Assembly: GCF_001457615.1 (NCBI RefSeq)
Contig: NZ_LN831024.1
Coordinates: 1,890,001-1,922,000, forward strand
Reading direction: 5' to 3'
Length of the DNA: 32,000 nucleotides
Origin: Pseudomonas aeruginosa
GTDB taxonomy: Bacteria > Pseudomonadota > Gammaproteobacteria > Pseudomonadales > Pseudomonadaceae
A program made the translations under genes and the position numbers. The stretch's first letter is position 1, and every line of letters starts with the position of its first letter. Below the pieces are notes generated by a model that saw only the letters and a list, made by a program, of their open reading frames with translations, made no database searches and was not told the DNA's origin. Of this stretch, positions 29,601 to 32,000 are shown in pieces.

Positions 29601-29626
29601 AATATGTTGTTTAATTACTACATATT
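29601..29626. promoter_or_regulatory. HexR-like operator between hexR and zwf
   Basis: AATATGTTGTTTAATTACTACATATT: imperfect palindrome with 7-bp outer arms (AATATGT/ACATATT) containing TTGT-N8-TACA. Confidence 0.65.
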
Positions 29627-29684
29627 TGTCTTAATTGCGCAGTGGATGGCTCAATATCACTCAATATTTGGTTGGTAACAACAA

Positions 29685-31154
29685 ATGCCTGATGTCCGCG
29701 TTCTGCCTTGCACGTTAGCGCTGTTCGGTGCGCTGGGCGATCTCGCCTTGCGCAAGCTGTTCCCGGCGCTCTACCAACTCGATCGTGAGAACCTGCTGCA
29801 CCGCGATACCCGCGTCCTGGCCCTGGCCCGTGACGAAGGCGCTGCCGCCGAACACCTGGCGACGCTGGAGCAGCGCCTGCGCCTGGCAGTGCCGGCGAAG
29901 GAGTGGGACGACGCGGTCTGGCAGCGTTTCCGCGAACGCCTCGACTACCTGAGCATGGACTTCCTCGACCCGCAGGCCTATGTCGGCTTGCGCGAGGCGG
30001 TGGATGACGAACTGCCGCTGGTCGCCTACTTCGCCACGCCGGCCTCGGTGTTCGGCGGCATCTGCGAGAACCTCGCCGCCGCCGGTCTCGCCGAGCGCAC
30101 CCGGGTGGTGCTGGAGAAGCCCATCGGTCATGACCTGGAGTCGTCCCGCGAGGTCAACGAGGCAGTCGCCCGGTTCTTCCCGGAAAGCCGCATCTACCGG
30201 ATCGACCATTACCTGGGCAAGGAGACGGTGCAGAACCTGATCGCCCTGCGCTTCGCCAACAGCCTCTTCGAGACCCAGTGGAACCAGAACCACATCTCCC
30301 ACGTGGAGATCACCGTGGCCGAGAAGGTCGGCATCGAAGGCCGCTGGGGCTACTTCGACCAGGCCGGGCAACTGCGCGACATGGTGCAGAACCACCTGCT
30401 GCAACTGCTCTGCCTGATCGCCATGGATCCGCCCAGCGACCTTTCGGCGGACAGCATTCGCGACGAGAAGGTCAAGGTCCTCCGCGCCCTCGAGCCGATT
30501 CCCGCAGAACAACTGGCTTCGCGCGTGGTGCGTGGGCAGTACACCGCCGGTTTCAGCGACGGCAAGGCAGTGCCGGGCTACCTGGAGGAGGAACATGCGA
30601 ATCGCGACAGCGACGCGGAAACCTTCGTCGCCCTGCGCGTGGATATCCGCAACTGGCGCTGGTCGGGCGTGCCGTTCTACCTGCGCACCGGCAAGCGCAT
30701 GCCGCAGAAGCTGTCGCAGATCGTCATCCACTTCAAGGAGCCGCCGCACTACATCTTCGCTCCCGAGCAGCGTTCGCTGATCAGCAACCGGCTGATCATC
30801 CGCCTGCAGCCGGACGAAGGTATCTCCCTGCAAGTGATGACCAAGGACCAGGGCCTGGGCAAGGGCATGCAATTGCGTACCGGCCCGCTGCAACTGAGTT
30901 TTTCCGAGACCTACCACGCGGCGCGGATTCCCGATGCCTATGAGCGTCTGCTGCTGGAGGTCACCCAGGGCAACCAGTACCTGTTCGTGCGCAAGGACGA
31001 GGTGGAGTTCGCCTGGAAGTGGTGCGACCAGCTGATCGCTGGCTGGGAACGCCTGAGCGAAGCGCCCAAGCCGTATCCGGCGGGGAGTTGGGGGCCGGTG
31101 GCCTCGGTGGCCCTGGTGGCCCGCGATGGGAGGAGTTGGTATGGCGATTTCTGA
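29685..31154 (+). CDS. zwf: Glucose-6-phosphate 1-dehydrogenase
   Basis: [28 protein letters not shown]...[56 protein letters not shown]: G6PDH active site RIDHYLGKE. Confidence 0.96.
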   Translation: MPDVRVLPCTLALFGALGDLALRKLFPALYQLDRENLLHRDTRVLALARDEGAAAEHLATLEQRLRLAVPAKEWDDAVWQRFRERLDYLSMDFLDPQAYVGLREAVDDELPLVAYFATPASVFGGICENLAAAGLAERTRVVLEKPIGHDLESSREVNEAVARFFPESRIYRIDHYLGKETVQNLIALRFANSLFETQWNQNHISHVEITVAEKVGIEGRWGYFDQAGQLRDMVQNHLLQLLCLIAMDPPSDLSADSIRDEKVKVLRALEPIPAEQLASRVVRGQYTAGFSDGKAVPGYLEEEHANRDSDAETFVALRVDIRNWRWSGVPFYLRTGKRMPQKLSQIVIHFKEPPHYIFAPEQRSLISNRLIIRLQPDEGISLQVMTKDQGLGKGMQLRTGPLQLSFSETYHAARIPDAYERLLLEVTQGNQYLFVRKDEVEFAWKWCDQLIAGWERLSEAPKPYPAGSWGPVASVALVARDGRSWYGDF

Positions 31155-31857
31155 GTTGAAGCTGCCGGCCGGCGTCGGCCTGCAGGTCTGGGGCAGCGCC
31201 GCCGAGCAGGCCCGCGGCCTGGCCGCCGAGGTCGCCGGCCGGTTGCGCTCGGCGCTGGCCGAGCAGGGCCAGGCGCTGCTGGTGGTGTCCGGTGGGCGCA
31301 GTCCGGTGGCCTTCCTCGAAGCCTTGAGCGAGGAGCCGCTGGACTGGTCGCGGATCACCCTCAGCCTGGCCGACGAGCGCTGGGTGCCGGAGTCCCATGC
31401 CGATAGCAACGCCGGCCTGGTTCGCCGCCACCTGCTCCGTGGCGAGGCGGCGAAGGCGCGCTTCATCGGCCTCTACCAGCCGGCGGCGAGCCTGGAGGAA
31501 GCGGCCGAGCTGGCCGACCACCACCTGCACGAGCTGCCGTTGCCGATCGACGTGCTGGTCCTCGGCATGGGCGACGACGGCCATACCGCCTCGCTGTTCC
31601 CGAACAGCCCTGGCCTGGACCTGGCGATGGATCCCCAGGGCACGCGCCGTTGCCTGCCGATGTGGGCGCCGAGCGTGCCGCACCAGCGCCTGACCCTACC
31701 GCGCGCCGTGCTGGCGGCGGCGAAGGTGCAGCTGCTGGCGATCCAGGGCCAGTCCAAGCTGGCCACCCTGAACGCCGCGCTGGCGGTCGAGGACGAACGG
31801 CGGATGCCGGTTCGCGCCTTCCTCCGCGCGCCGCTGACGATCCATTGGTACCCCTGA
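31141..31857 (+). CDS. pgl: 6-phosphogluconolactonase
   Basis: [62 protein letters not shown]...[15 protein letters not shown]...[18 protein letters not shown]. Overlaps the zwf end by 14 nt. Confidence 0.93.
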   Translation: MAISELKLPAGVGLQVWGSAAEQARGLAAEVAGRLRSALAEQGQALLVVSGGRSPVAFLEALSEEPLDWSRITLSLADERWVPESHADSNAGLVRRHLLRGEAAKARFIGLYQPAASLEEAAELADHHLHELPLPIDVLVLGMGDDGHTASLFPNSPGLDLAMDPQGTRRCLPMWAPSVPHQRLTLPRAVLAAAKVQLLAIQGQSKLATLNAALAVEDERRMPVRAFLRAPLTIHWYP

Positions 31858-31874
31858 GTGGCGGAGCTGTAGCC

Positions 31875-32000
31875 ATGCACAACCTTGAACAGAAGACCGC
31901 CCGCATCGACACGCTGTGCCGGGAGGCGCGCATCCTCCCGGTGATCACCATCGACCGCGAGGCGGACATCCTGCCGATGGCCGATGCCCTCGCCGCCGGC
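31875..32000 (+). CDS. edaA: 2-keto-3-deoxy-6-phosphogluconate aldolase, partial (5' end only)
   Basis: Translation from ATG 31875: MHNLEQKTARIDTLCREARILPVITIDREADILPMADALAAG, typical KDPG aldolase N-terminus and expected zwf-pgl-eda order. Confidence 0.9.
   Translation, partial: MHNLEQKTARIDTLCREARILPVITIDREADILPMADALAAG

Noticed and set aside
29715-31466. 583-aa minus-strand ORF antisense to zwf/pgl
   Set aside because: Shadow ORF of the conserved zwf; no domain.

Overview
This window looks like ordinary Pseudomonas aeruginosa-type core chromosome at high GC. I see no mobile element, CRISPR array, prophage, rRNA or tRNA. From left to right it contains: (1) a minus-strand MCE/Mla-like lipid transport operon (STAS-MlaE permease, ATPase, MCE protein, PqiC-like lipoprotein) downstream of trkH; (2) a YkgJ-family Cys-cluster protein and a nitroreductase; (3) a Cpx-like envelope-stress locus (cpxR, cpxP-like, sensor kinase) with a good CpxR box; (4) yciI, yciB, a PHP-domain phosphatase, yciO and scpA-scpB; (5) the Entner-Doudoroff/glucose uptake supercluster: gapA <-> edd-glk-gltR-gtrS, gltBFGK-oprB, a hexose-6-phosphate mutarotase, hexR <-> zwf-pgl-eda. 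I did not find a convincing new biological system. The observations most worth a second look are: a C7 homopolymer frameshift that separates the signal peptide from the body of the cpxP-like gene; a GTAAA-N6-GTAAA CpxR box in front of that gene; a perfect HexR-like palindrome in front of the mutarotase gene; other HexR-like operators; a frameshifted DUF559 remnant between gtrS and gltB; and a small YgiM-tail-like membrane coiled-coil gene directly upstream of cpxR. Gene assignments come from reading the translated sequences and from knowledge of conserved synteny; no database search was run.
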